DNA of 63,367 nt, the filler included, from Kipferlia bialata (Eukaryota): NCBI GenBank assembly GCA_003568945.1. It is 6 parts of 6 records of this genome, joined end to end, with 100 filler letters (N's around TTAATTAATTAA, not from the genome) between each part and the next. Parts side by side here need not be neighbours in the genome. Positions count along the whole stretch, not along the records: positions 37,113 to 49,374 come from BDIP01001109.1; positions 49,475 to 61,734 come from BDIP01001110.1; 4 more parts are not named here. The stretch is one strand, 5' to 3'. A program made the position numbers and the translations under genes. The notes below the pieces were generated by a model that made no database searches, had not been told where the DNA came from, and was given only the letters and a program-made list of their open reading frames with translations. Shown piece after piece: positions 40,291 through 53,362 of the stretch; within the stretch, counting starts at the first letter, position 1, and each line of letters opens with the position of its first letter.

Positions 40291-41529
40291 TCAGTAGTCA
40301 TCATAGTCGGGCAGGTAGAGACCGTTATCGTCATACCTCACCCCGTTCTCGTCGTACATATCCTGGTCTAGGTAGTTGTCCCACTGGTACTGGTACCTTT
40401 CCTGCTGATACATATCCATCTCAATTATGCTTGCTTCCATATCCTGCTGGTCCTGCTCTAGCTGCCAGGCGCTGTCCCTCTCTACATCCTCGTCATTCCC
40501 TGTGCTATTCAACATGCTCACGGGCAGTATACCCCATTCCCACCCACTGCCCACATCCACATAGCATGACATGGGGCAACAGAGGAAAGTATCCAGAGAG
40601 AGAAGACTCACCCTGCACTCGCCATATGGAGGCGTGTGTGCTAGCAGTATCTGTGTTGCTGAGAGGGCGGTGTGGCTGCTGACCTTAGACGGAGCTGCGC
40701 AGTTGGGGAAGTGGCCGCAGTCCCGCACCTCTGCAGAGACTGTGACATAGACATGGAACCTACCCAAGTGACTGCGTAGTATGAGATGGCGACCGCAAAC
40801 ACCATACAGACGTGGGTGAGGCCCAGCACGCACCTCCACCGGAACATCCCATCCAGCTACAACCGAGTACTCGCACACATAGTGTGTGTAGTCCCTGCCG
40901 TTCTTGCTCTCAACTAGTAGGTAGAGGTGGTTGAGGCATGTCTCCACACCCACTACATAGAGTTTGCCTGGGAGTTCGGGGTGGGTACATGTGGGGGAGA
41001 GTATGTCCCCCCATGTAGGCCCTCTATCGCTGAGTGACATGGTTTGCACTGGGTGTCCATAGCCTAAGGTGCGACAGATTGTGCCATTGTACATGAACTC
41101 AGTCATATCGGCAGGAGTCTCGTCCTCAGACACACAGTACTCAGACCCCGGCCCACAAGCATCCTCGTCTGCAGCCAAGTACCACCTTCCTGTCTGTAGA
41201 GAGATGGTGTAGTGCTTGTCTTCGCAAAACAGATACACAGCGCCGTTTCTGTACCCACACACACTGGCGTACGTCACATCATGATTCATGTAGAGAGGGA
41301 CATCGCCTAGGAAGCGTCTCTGAGATGTACCGTCCAGGTTGACACGGACGTGGTAACAGGATAGAGGTGCTTGAGTCTGGTAGGGCCTCTGGTAGTTACT
41401 AGCGACTGTCGTCGGACGTGCAATGAGAAAGAACTGCTGGGGCACTGTCGCCACTATGTGCAGTATCTCGGAATAGGAACCATCCAGCACTGTGGAGTCA
41501 GTGATGAGGGGAGGCATGTGCTGGGACAT
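40291..41529 (-). CDS. 412-aa single-long-exon hypothetical protein, possibly a divergent kelch/beta-propeller with acidic Tyr/Asp tail
   Basis: Uninterrupted, microsatellite-free ORF with beta-rich segments ending in W (YTISLQTGRW, CEYSVVAGW). An acceptor-like cacccccag lies just before the ATG. Confidence 0.7.
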   Translation of the reverse strand: MSQHMPPLITDSTVLDGSYSEILHIVATVPQQFFLIARPTTVASNYQRPYQTQAPLSCYHVRVNLDGTSQRRFLGDVPLYMNHDVTYASVCGYRNGAVYLFCEDKHYTISLQTGRWYLAADEDACGPGSEYCVSEDETPADMTEFMYNGTICRTLGYGHPVQTMSLSDRGPTWGDILSPTCTHPELPGKLYVVGVETCLNHLYLLVESKNGRDYTHYVCEYSVVAGWDVPVEVRAGPHPRLYGVCGRHLILRSHLGRFHVYVTVSAEVRDCGHFPNCAAPSKVSSHTALSATQILLAHTPPYGECRVSLLSLDTFLCCPMSCYVDVGSGWEWGILPVSMLNSTGNDEDVERDSAWQLEQDQQDMEASIIEMDMYQQERYQYQWDNYLDQDMYDENGVRYDDNGLYLPDYDDY

Positions 41530-42033
41530 GACTGGGGGTGGGAGAGCGAGGGGGAGTTAGAGGAGAGTCACTATATTCAGCGTCATTTGGCTTGTGTTAA
41601 CTGGGGGGTATTCTGGCACTGTAGAGTCTCTACAGTAGAGGGGGGCAGGAGTCTATACAGAAAGAATGATTCTTCTGGATTGATGAGGAGAACGATGGAG
41701 GGGGGATGAAGTAAGTGTGGTTGAGATAGGAATAGCACTCCCACACAACTTCGTCATGGCATGTAATGTGGGCCGGCAGGTCGGCCTAAAATGTACCTCA
41801 TTATTTCTATATCTTTGAAACCCTACCGACCACGGCCAGAGGTTAGCCAGGATCAACGAGAGGTAGCACGACAACATGGCGTAGGATGATTCCGAGGTCG
41901 TGGCAAGTCACACACCGTTTGAATCTTTCATCCTAATCGGTGTGGGTGTATGACCGTACTCAGTACTGTACTGCTTTCTACACAGCAGAGCTTCCGTGTT
42001 GTGACCGGGGTTCCATGGTCTCTCTAGTCTGCC

Positions 42034-42108
42034 ATGCTCCGAGTGTGTGTCCTGGTATTGTGTCTGGTTGCAGTGGTGTATGGCCAGGTATGGATATGTA
42101 CATATATT

Positions 42109-42144
<36 letters not shown>

Positions 42145-42833
42145 CGTGGTATGCTTCACTCGGGTGGCCAGATTTATGCTGGGGTTCGCGTTCAACCTCT
42201 ATTCTACCTTCTTTTGACTCTCTCTCTCTCTCTCTGTCTCTCTCTCTTATATCCAGAGTGCCCAGGGCATGTGTGACCAGTGCACTTCCATGGTACCCAT
42301 CATCGAGGTGAGTATCAGTATCAATAGATGGATATATAGATACTGGTGAACTCTATCTCCCCCCTCTTTCTCCATCCCTGCTGCCCCTTCCACACCCGAG
42401 ATATTACGGCAGAGGGCTTACTCCCCCACTCTCCCCCTCCTCGTGTCCCCTACCTTATTCTCTCTCTCCCTCGCCATTTACACTCATGACGGCCGACTTC
42501 AGTATCAACTTTAGTATCGACTCTATTATTCTACGATTTCTATCATTAGATACTACAAGGCCTGAGCATACAATATATATGATTCATATTGTTAAACTTC
42601 TAGTATTAGACATAAGACCGACACTCAGGACATGACTGCCGCTGGCAACTACGTATTGCATCATTATATACTATTAGGCCTAGTAGTATTAATCATAATA
42701 TGATACTATATATATAATATATTGTATTTAATGTGTGTATATATAGTATATATTGTACTTAACACCCAGGACATGAGTGCCGCTGGCAAGTCCTGGAGGA
42801 TGATTCACAGAGCACTCAACAAGGTGTGTACTC

Positions 42834-42864
<31 letters not shown>

Positions 42865-44688
42865 TCTCGATGTATATATATTTACATATATATATATATA
42901 TATATATCCACAGAGCACTCAACAAAGTGTTTACTCTTTACTCTCTCTCTCTCTCCCCTTCCACCGAGCACTCAACAACGCTTTCTCACAATTCACCCCG
43001 GGTTTTGCATTTGCGACTCTCTCTCACACACACACACACACCAACCCCAGTACTGTGCCGGGGATGCCGACTGCCTGGACACTGCACATGACCTGGTCAG
43101 TGACATCAAGGACGAAGGTACTCTCTCTCTCTGTCTCTGTCTCTCGCTCTGTGTATCTCTCTGTATCTCTGTCAGTGACGTCAAGGACGAAGGCGCGCAC
43201 ACACACTCTCTCTGACAGTTAGGGTATCTCTCTCAGTCTCTCTCTCCCAGCTGTGTAATTGTGTCTTCCACTCTCTCTGACAGTCAGGCTACGCTACCGA
43301 CTCCGTCTGCAGCCGCTTCTACGCCTGTTCCGACCACCACAACATTGTAAGTTCATCTGATACTGGATAATATGGTATATACTCATACTATATATTGAGA
43401 ATATGCCGACCTGAGGTGTTTGCTTGACGTTTCAGCTCTGTATCTCCTCACTCGCTCCTTGTGTACATCTCTCTCTCCCTGTGTATTGACCGAGTCTCTT
43501 TTAGACTCTCCTTCCCCTTGTCTCTCTCCTTCTCTCCCTATCTTCTCTCCCAACCGCCTCATAGTGCAGTCACTGCACACACTGCACTGCAGTGTGTGCA
43601 TGATCATCTCTCCCCCTCTATCTCTCTCTCCCCCTCTATCTCTCTCTCCCTTCAGGGTGCCAACCAGTGCGACGTGTGTAACCAGTAATTCTGTCTCTCT
43701 CTCTGTTTCTCTCTCTCTTCCTCTCTCTCTCTCTCCCCCTCAGGCAGCCAACCAGTGCGACGTGTGCAACCAGATGCTGGCTGACACCACAACCTGGATG
43801 GCACAGAACCCAAACGCCATCCCTAATGTAAGTATATAGTATATATACACAATGTAGTATATAGTACATATATATATATATAGCCTACCACTTGGATGGC
43901 ACAGATTCTGTGACAGAACCCAAACGCCATACCTAACGTATGTATCGTATATATACGTACCGATACTGATACTACTGAGTATATATATATATATAGTGTA
44001 TATATACATCCTACCAGTGGTAGGCTACCACCTGGATGGCACAGAACCCAGACGCCCTCCCGAACGTAAGTGCCACTCTCTCTCTCTCTGACTCTTTGAC
44101 CCATAGGACTACTACGAGTGGCACTCTCTCTCTCTCTCTCTCTCTCGCTCTCTATCCTTATATATATATATGTGTATACATTACTGACCCTTAGGACTAC
44201 TACGAGTGGCTCGACTACGGTGAGTGCCAGAACATCAACAGGTAAGTCCAATATCCTTAATAGTATAGCAATATTGTAGTTGTGTACTAGATATCCATTA
44301 TACTCTATAAATATAGGGTATAGAAAGATTATGTAGTATTGTTATATGTATTGACTGACTGAACTTCCCCCTACCGACTACGGCGAGTGCCAGAACATAC
44401 ACAGGTGGATGCCCAAATGTCTCGATATTTACTACTTTGTGTTTCTTCCGAAAGAAAAGAGTTAATATATATTGTTGTTACAATAATGAAACTTCCCCCC
44501 TACCCTCAGGGAGTGCGAGGCCACATTACTACTTTGTGTTTCTTTCAGTACGAAGGAGTATTATATTGTTGTAACAGTATTGAGTATATTCCCCCCCTCC
44601 CCTCAGGGAGTGCGAGGCCGCCGGGCACGGGGACGCTGTGTGTTATGACCAGATGGACACGTGCCACCAGGTATGTATATACACATAT

Positions 44689-44720
<32 letters not shown>

Positions 44721-44992
44721 GGAGTATACATATATATATAGTATACTTGTTACAAGTATACTACAAGTAACTTGTAGCTCAATGACATGTCCAGATGGAC
44801 ACGTGCCACCAGGTATCTGTATACATGTATATATGATACGATTACTAACTAATATGTGATAATTGATAGTTCTCTTTCCCCTTACGCCAGATCAATGACA
44901 AGTATGGAATTCCCATAATGAAGTATGTCTTCGATTGGTACGGCAACAACTACCCTTACGACGTAATCTGTGGGATCGTTGGTGCCTGCTAG
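42034..44992 (+). CDS. Secreted saposin-like (SAPLIP) precursor with two saposin-B domains, about 9 exons
   Basis: Signal peptide MLRVCVLVLCLVAVVYG. Domain 1: CDQC...YCAGDADC...VCSRFYAC. Domain 2: CDVC...EC...TC...VICGIVGAC*. Both fit the six-Cys saposin pattern. Confidence 0.8.
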
Positions 44993-45374
44993 AGAGAGAG
45001 GGAGATAGGGAGAGCGAGAGGGTCCCTCTCAGAGGGAGACTGTGTGCGATAGTGTTAGAATAGATCTTATTGTGTGGGTATATCCAGTTCGAACAGCCCA
45101 GTAGCCAAACCATGCAAAGAATAGATATCATGCATGTCAGCGACTCTCTCGTTGCAACTTGCACTTTGCAAGAGAGTCTACATACTTAGACTAAGTGACT
45201 TAGTACTTTCTGAACACGCTCTGCAGTCCAAACAGCCCAGTGTCCACGCCATTCAATACATTACATCATAGAAGTACTCCTTTACTGCTACGTGACTCTC
45301 TACCCTTCCTACTGACTAAACAGACTCTGCAGTCCAAAGAGTCCAGTGGCCATGGGGTGCATCTCTCTGAGTCT

Positions 45375-48248
45375 TCAGTCGGTAGGTACTGTCTCTCTGT
45401 CTCTCTGTCTCTCTGTCTCTATGTCTACTTGCTGAACAGACTCTGCAGTCCAAAGAGTCCAGTGGCCATGGGGGGTGCAATACCTAGACCCAGCACGATG
45501 ACAGCTGTGGAGAGGAGGCCTGAGGGTTAGAAGAGTACTAATGCATGTGAAGAGACAAATATGAAGTATAGAGATAGTGCATAGAATAGAGTATATAGAA
45601 GGATGCCTAGACCCAGCACGATGACAACGGTGGAGAGGAGGCCTATGCGTAAGGGCAGTATACATAGCTACATAGATATACATACATACATACATAATAC
45701 ACTCAGGAGACAGGAGGACTTGACCGCGGTGGAGACGAGGCAAATGTGTAACGGAAGTATATATAGCAATATAGGCAAAGTCAGACATCAGTATATATAC
45801 ACATCCTGGGCCAGCGTGATGAGAGGAGGCATTATAGTATATCATTACACAACTATCCAGCTAACAATTATGGTGTGAAGATGCAAATGATACAATGCTT
45901 GGATACGTACCGAGTATCATCCCCCCGACTGCCTTGCCCTTAGCGTTGCACCTGGAGACACTGAGGGGTCAGAAGTGTGTGTACATGGACAATAGTATAG
46001 AAAGACAAAGAGAGGTAGCAAGGCCTTTGGAACTGCACTTTGGAGACACTAAGGTCAGAGAGGGAGAGAGATACATGATGATCTCAGAGGGTATATTAAG
46101 AGAAGGCCCATACACCCAAGATATAGAGAGATGTCAGTGTGTCGAAATACCCTCACCTCTCATCTGGCAGTGCATATGACATCTTTGGCACAGGGGAGTC
46201 ATCGGAACTGGACTCAAGGGGTCTGGGGGTGAGACAGGGAAGACGAGAATGGATATATATATATACATACATACATATACACAGATAGGTAGGGGAGAGT
46301 CATCGGTGCTGGACTCAAGGGGCCTAGAGAGTAAGAGACGTAGAAGAAGTGATTGCATATACTATATCTTATAGAGTGTGACTTATATATTTAGTGGGTC
46401 ATTGGTGCTGGACTTAAGGGGTCTAGGGAGTGAGAGGGCCAACTATACAATATATCCGCTACCATATGGACTAGCAGACAAGAAGTATATATATATGAAG
46501 GTCGGGGGGAGCCATCAATGCTGGGCTCTAGAAGGTAATAGTATCATATGGGATGGTTATTGCAAAGGAATAGACGTATTTGTAACAGGAAGTGAGTCAC
46601 CGCCGCCGCAAGTTTAAAAGAATTATGGTTCCACCTTGTGATGTAGTGTGCTGCTGGGGACACACACATACACTAATCTACATATAGGTGTATACGTACC
46701 GTTCTCCCTCCCATTATACATATTACATGGGCAATACACCCACCTCGTTATCCTGACGTAGTGTCTATCTATTTAAATATAAGTAGATGGTCGCAGGTAG
46801 CTGCAAGAGAAGAGACCTACTACCCACCTTGTTATCCTGACGTAGTGTGCTGCTGGGAACACAAAGGGGAAGGGGAGTGTGTACTTGGACATACACCTGG
46901 GGTGGGTCAGAATACATATTCCCAGTATACTTATGCAAGTGATCTATATGTGTACATACACCTGTCGCTGATTGGACTAGCCCCCTTCTTGCCAAGCAGA
47001 TAGAACAACACACAACACCCATACATATGATACTTATATACATACACACCTATATACATACATATATCGTACATATATCCATACATACACCAACCTGTCC
47101 GTGATGGGGCTGTGTCCCCTTCTTGCCAAGGAGGAACCCATTCTAATAATAGTAATACATATCAGGCAGTGAAACTACAAGAGTACCCACTTTCATATCA
47201 AAGAACTCCATACTGACATCCTATAAGTATGTAGATTCCCACCTGTCCGTGATGGGGCTGGCCCCCTTCTTGCCCAGCAGGAAGTACTTGAACAGGGGCA
47301 TGGCTAGATGGTGAGAGGAACATTCATGTATGTATATACCCATTAGTATATATATAGAGAGGGGGAAGTACTTGAACAGGGACACGGCTGGAGGGTCAGA
47401 AGGATACTCATAACTACAGTATGGTATTCGACAAGAACACACACTGCAGTGAACATGTACCTATATAATACATATACAGACGGCTACATGGTTAGAGATC
47501 TCATAGATGTTGTGGGACACTTGGTATAGAGGTAATATAGTATGTGTATAGGCGTCCTCTTACCTGCGTCGTACACGTAGTAGTGTGTATATATTAACAT
47601 AAAGCAGGATATATCCTGTAAATATTGTATATACCACTAAGTACACACACCTGCGTCATACACGTACAGACTGCCACCGGGCCTGAGGAACTTCATCCAG
47701 TACCTGGGGGGAGAGACACTAAACTATAAAGATCACACATACAAAATGTACGTATGATCTCAAGAAACACCAGACCAAGGGACTCTTTCCTCCCAAATAG
47801 GAACGTACTATCATATACCAATTTATCTCTATCTCTTTGGTGCAGACTTTGTAACACAATGTACACAGTATGTAGAGTCCATCCCCTATACACATATATG
47901 TATATGTGAAGTTTGCGTGGCATGTCTATGCAGAGGGTGAGCGTCACTGTCCTCGAGGTATATAGTCTATACAGTATATATAGTATATACACATATCCAT
48001 GCATATAGGTGCATACCTGTGTAGTGGATGGGCGTCACTGTCCTTGAGGTAGGTCAGGCACTGGGGGGTTAGAGCTAGTATAAGGTTATACAACAGTGGC
48101 GAAAGATGACCCAACAGAACTCATCTATGACCCTGTGTATCTCTCGTATATCTCTACTCCCTCTATACCTGGTTGATGGTGATGATGTCGAATGACTTCT
48201 CTGGGAATGTCATGTCTGTAATGGACATGGCGTGGACCTAGGGATCAG

Positions 48249-48303
<55 letters not shown>

Positions 48304-48597
48304 GTCTGGGAATGTCATATCTGTAATGGACATGGCGTGGACCTAGAGATTAGTACAATATCCAGTGGCCACAATATATAGAGACAGAAAGAGAGAGAGA
48401 GATAGTGACGCACCTCTGTGTTGTCTGCGACACCCACCCTGGCTCCATTCTCAAAAGCATATATATAGGAGTACATATAGCATTATAGTATATAATGATA
48501 TATACTACCTCAGTGTTGTCTGCTATGCCCACTCTTGCTGCATTTTCAAGGGTGGCAGATGCACCATTGCCAGTCTGGAATAAGGGTGTAGATGGAG

Positions 48598-48635
<38 letters not shown>

Positions 48636-49320
48636 ATTCAAGGGAGGCAGAGGTACCTCACTGACAGTCCAGGTGCCAGATAGAACAGAAATATATAGAG
48701 ACACCTCTCTCGGAACATGCTTCAAATCGTAATACGCTACGTCATTCAATTACTCACAGTGTATTTAATGAATAGTAGTTATGGTATGTATATAGGTGTA
48801 CCTGGATCAGTCCACTGAATATGTCTGCCCCAACGACACAGGGGGAGGGAGGGGTGAGGCCCTGGGACCTCTGATGGTGAGCATCAGCAACATGCATTGG
48901 TATATATATATAGTATTGAGAGAGAAATATGCACTGAAACACACTTGGAACCCATACTTCTTTGGTAGTAATAGGCCCTTGGACTTCTGATGGTGAGCAT
49001 CAATATGCATTGGATTATATATATATATGATGGTCAGGATCCGTAGTGTGTAAATGTATAGGTGATGGATGCCTGTGATGATTCAACTACACTAAATGAA
49101 AGAACATACGTGTATGTCTGGTCACGAAATATATATGAGTATCTTCTGTACCTGTGTCTCTGTGAGCCACTGACCCACGCGGCACAGCATCATGCCCCTG
49201 GGGGTGAGGTACAGTCGCTAGTATTATAAACTTAATAGTCTTCTATATATGCGTCCACTACCGCACATTAGTGATAGAACACTTCGTGACCATACCTGCC
49301 ACACCCCATATCCAGGTACC
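45375..49320 (-). CDS. Class I SAM-dependent methyltransferase, multi-exon, 5'-truncated
   Basis: Exons give YLDMGCGRG (motif I), SITDMTFPEKSFDIIT (motif II) and WMKFLRPGGSLYVYD (motif III). The 3' end is ambiguous because of terminal duplications. Confidence 0.8.
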
Positions 49321-49374
<54 letters not shown>

Positions 49375-49474
49375 NNNNNNNNNNNNNNNNNNNNNNNNNN
49401 NNNNNNNNNNNNNNNNNNTTAATTAATTAANNNNNNNNNNNNNNNNNNNNNNNNNNNNNNNNNNNNNNNNNNNN
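49375..49474. other. Artificial scaffold linker
   Basis: N44-TTAATTAATTAA-N44. Confidence 0.97.
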
Positions 49475-49692
49475 CTAGCAAACAAGATAAACCCTTTATC
49501 CGCGAATTCTTGTTTCAGCCGTAAGCGCATATGTATTGTGTTAATGTCAGGCAACTGAGTGTCTGCGCAGTGCCTTTGGGGACACATTCTCTCTCAGCAC
49601 CATATGTGGTACGACCCATAAGGAATACATCCATTTCACACACAATTAGTCTCGACGGTATATACAATGCTGTGGGTGTCTATAACGCCCAG

Positions 49693-51202
49693 GTGCCTTC
49701 AACTCCCTACGGACCAAGCGCTGTGGGACAGTGGACAAGCATGAGTTTGTGGCCTTCATGACTAAGGTACATGGTATATATAACTCTCTCTCGTACACCA
49801 GATAAGTTGCGACCCTTGGCAATAGGAGTACGTGCATTGCAAACAGAGTCCTGTCTGATGTAGAAAATGCACTCACTAAGGGTGACAAGCATGGGCATGT
49901 GATATTCGTGACCAAAGTACATGATATAACCATATACAACTTAGGGAAATTGTACTTAGTCTGATGCTCATTGTATTCAATTGGAAGTAGAATACCAGAT
50001 AGATACTCGTCGATCTAACCATTAAGGTTGTCAGCACCAGCAGTGACCTCGAGTATGTTACTACTAGTATACGGCCTATTTTATGATACCGTAAACCTGT
50101 ATAACTTCTGATGGATAGTATTTATCGATTTTCTTACCAGTCAGGTTGTCAGCACCAGCACTGACCACGAGTACGTCATTGAGCATGACACTGAGTACAC
50201 ACAGATGAGGTATGAGAGCTATTGGTATAACTAATACTATTATTAATACTACTTACATATATACGTGTGTGTATGAATAGGTTAGTTAATATGTGAATGT
50301 GATTGAGAATAACCCAGAGTACACGCAGATGAGGTACAACTCGTAACGAACAAAGGATATTGTATTTGTATATGGGTTGGTATATATGTGTTACTGGATA
50401 GAACTATTGGGTGGCATCAGTGATGCCGCATCACCAAGTAGAACCATAGGTGAAGGGCTATCCTGTATATTCTAGTCCTATGCAATTTTCTATATATTAG
50501 TATATGCCTTGAGTTATGCTGTCTATCTTCAATGCAGTGCTGGACATACTGTCATGGCAGTGGCTATACTAACTATAGAGAGAGAGACCTCGGCAAGAGG
50601 GAGAATCAGCACGAGGTCACTGACAAGAAGGGGAAGGGGAGGGAGAAGCTGTCGGAGAGAGAGACCTTGGATCTGCGTGCTCTTCTAGCGTCACCAGAGA
50701 GGTATATGATAGTGGGTATCTTGCTAATTCTACGATGCTTGTATTGTATCTTAACATCAGGCTCCGTGCCCTATTCAACAGACATACTACGTAGTCTCAC
50801 ACCTATCGTGTAAAGTTTAGTGTACATCTAATAGCTATCGTGTAAATATACTTATGGCAGGCTCCGTGCCCTCTTCAACAGACATGACACCAACTGCAAC
50901 CAGCTACTGGAGAGGAAGGAGTGGTCAGGTATGGTTCACATATAGAGATGTCACTCAATAGAAATGAACATAGAGTACACCTGGGAATGTACTTAGTAGT
51001 AGAGAAATGACAACGACTGCATATACTGTATATCTTTCTAAGCATAAGCCCTCCCCATCACACTTAGTATGGCTGAGGCAGACGAGGGCGTATCTCTTTC
51101 TCTCTCTAAATATGTGTTCGTGTATTTTTACTACTATCGCTTACTATCAGCCCTCCCCATCTCCCTTGGCCTGGCTGAGGCAGACGAGGGTCTCACCATA
51201 CT

Positions 51203-51241
<39 letters not shown>

Positions 51242-51777
51242 GTATATATATATACTATCACTTACTACTAGCCCTCCCTATTACCCTTGGCCTTGCAGAA
51301 GCAGATGAGGGCATCACCATTGACATGCTCTATGACTACCTGGACACAGACAGAAGGTGAAGCTATACATACACACATATACATATATTGAGTATACGAC
51401 TCCGATGAAGAGTCTCTGCATTCTTCCTAAGTGAGATACAAGGCGTGTCATTATACGTGCTCTATGACTACCTGGACACAGACAGGAGGTATATAATATG
51501 CACTCTGATATATATATAATATATAATTTATATAAGGAGAGAGTAATAGATCTACATAAATTACTCAACCAATATGTTCGAGTCATGTATCAGTCTAACC
51601 CCAAGCGAGGGCATTGACTGGAAAGAGTTCCAGACTGCCAGGAACATTTCTCTTCTCTCTACATATTGCCCTAGAGTCAAATTCTGTCCGTGTCTAACGC
51701 CTAGTGAGGGCATTGACTGGGCCGAGTTCCAGGCTGGGATCGAGGCAGCCTTCAGAGCACTCAGTGATGAGGTGTAG
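49693..51777 (+). CDS. EF-hand calcium-binding protein, 3' part, 5'-truncated
   Basis: LFNRHDTNCNQLLERKEW and LYDYLDTDRSEGIDWAEF are EF-hand loops. There is an upstream degenerate loop, GTVDKHEFVAFM. Confidence 0.75.
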
Positions 51778-52282
51778 AGGAGCTGTACCCTTGAAGAGTC
51801 TCTTAGTCTGGAGGATATATATAGTCGGAGTCTCTCTCTTGGACACAACACCCCAGAAACAGAAGATGGTTAGCGGTTATGATGTTGAACCTATATAGTA
51901 CAGAGGAGTGGAGCTCCTATTGGACAGAGCATTATGCTCTGAGAGCATACCCATATACAATAGAGTCAAGATAGAACACTTAAGAACAGTAGTTGTTAAC
52001 CAAGTGACTAACTGATACCATTCATATAACTCAAGAGAACAGGATTTATATTCATCTATTGAACCATGACCTTAGGTCATTGACCTAGCCATAACAAACA
52101 CAAATAGAGACGAACGTGCAAGCACCACTCAAAAGCACTCATGGAACCAAGAGGGAACAAGAGTAACTCAAGAAGCCAATATGCAGGACGTCGAAAAGGA
52201 AGACACAAAGCATACAAGTGGCAACAAGCAACCACTGGAAGACCGACCAACCAATCAATCAATCAATCAATCGGGATAAGAG

Positions 52283-53331
52283 TCACTTCTCCTTCTTGGG
52301 GGATGATGAAGAGTGTGATACAGACACTGTAGAGGGAGTGGAGACAGAGAGGGGGGTGCCTCTGTTCCCTCTCCTGGTGGTCTTAGACGCTGCACCCCTA
52401 ATGTTAGACGCTGCACCCTTTGGAGTCCTTGGGGTTCTTGGTGTCCTAGGTGTACCCCTCCTGCTGTGCGCCACTCTCTCCTTCTCCTCTCTCTCTATCC
52501 TCTCACTCTCCTCCCGCTGCTTGGCGCGTCTGATGATGTACATGCTGACGCCCAGGATCTGACACAGGCCCTGATAATCAATGTATTGATGATAGTCAAT
52601 CAATGTATTGATGATAGTCAATCAATGTATTGATTATACTACCTTCTGGCACATTGGCAGGGAGCCCCTGTCACCCTCCTGCATGAGACCAGTGATGTAG
52701 GTGACTGACCGTAAGAAGTATGAGGAAGTAAGGATAGGTAGATGACGATAAGGAGAAGGGTGAAGATTGTGAGAATCATAGGAAAGGGAAGGTGAATGAG
52801 GCCAGTGATGTGGGGGACTGGTGGTAAGAAGTATCAGAAAGGACACAGAGTATGGGAGTGAACAGAGAGAGAGAGGTCTATTTGCTCTCACAAATGATAA
52901 TACACTAATATAGATAGAATGCTGTATTGAAAAGGAAAAATTACATTATACTATACAATTATACTATAACTGTATACACACAAATATATATATATACTAA
53001 AGTACCTGCAGCCTCGTTGCGTGCCCTCACTCCCTTCTGGGTGGAGACGTGCTTGGCAGCGGCCATGATGCTGAGGTTAGTGTATACAGTGTACGTAGAC
53101 ATATAGAATATCAGTATATTAATATGAAATCTAGATAGTGTATACCTCTCCCTATCTGTAGAGGGCATTGTGAAGGTGCAGCCCTTGGAACAGCAGCGCT
53201 CCTCAAGTAGGCGCTGGTCACCAGAGGTCCTGAGTGTAAGTTGCACAAATGTATACAATTAGTGAGAGACACCAAGTTGACCAGAGGTCCTGAGGGTAAG
53301 TACCTATGTATTCAAGTGTTCTTTAGGGTCA

Positions 53332-53362
<31 letters not shown>

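Noticed and set aside
52577..52634. 22-bp tandem repeat with an internal ATCAAT/ATTGAT hairpin
   Set aside because: It has fewer than three units, lies in an intron and occurs once, consistent with a simple slippage minisatellite.
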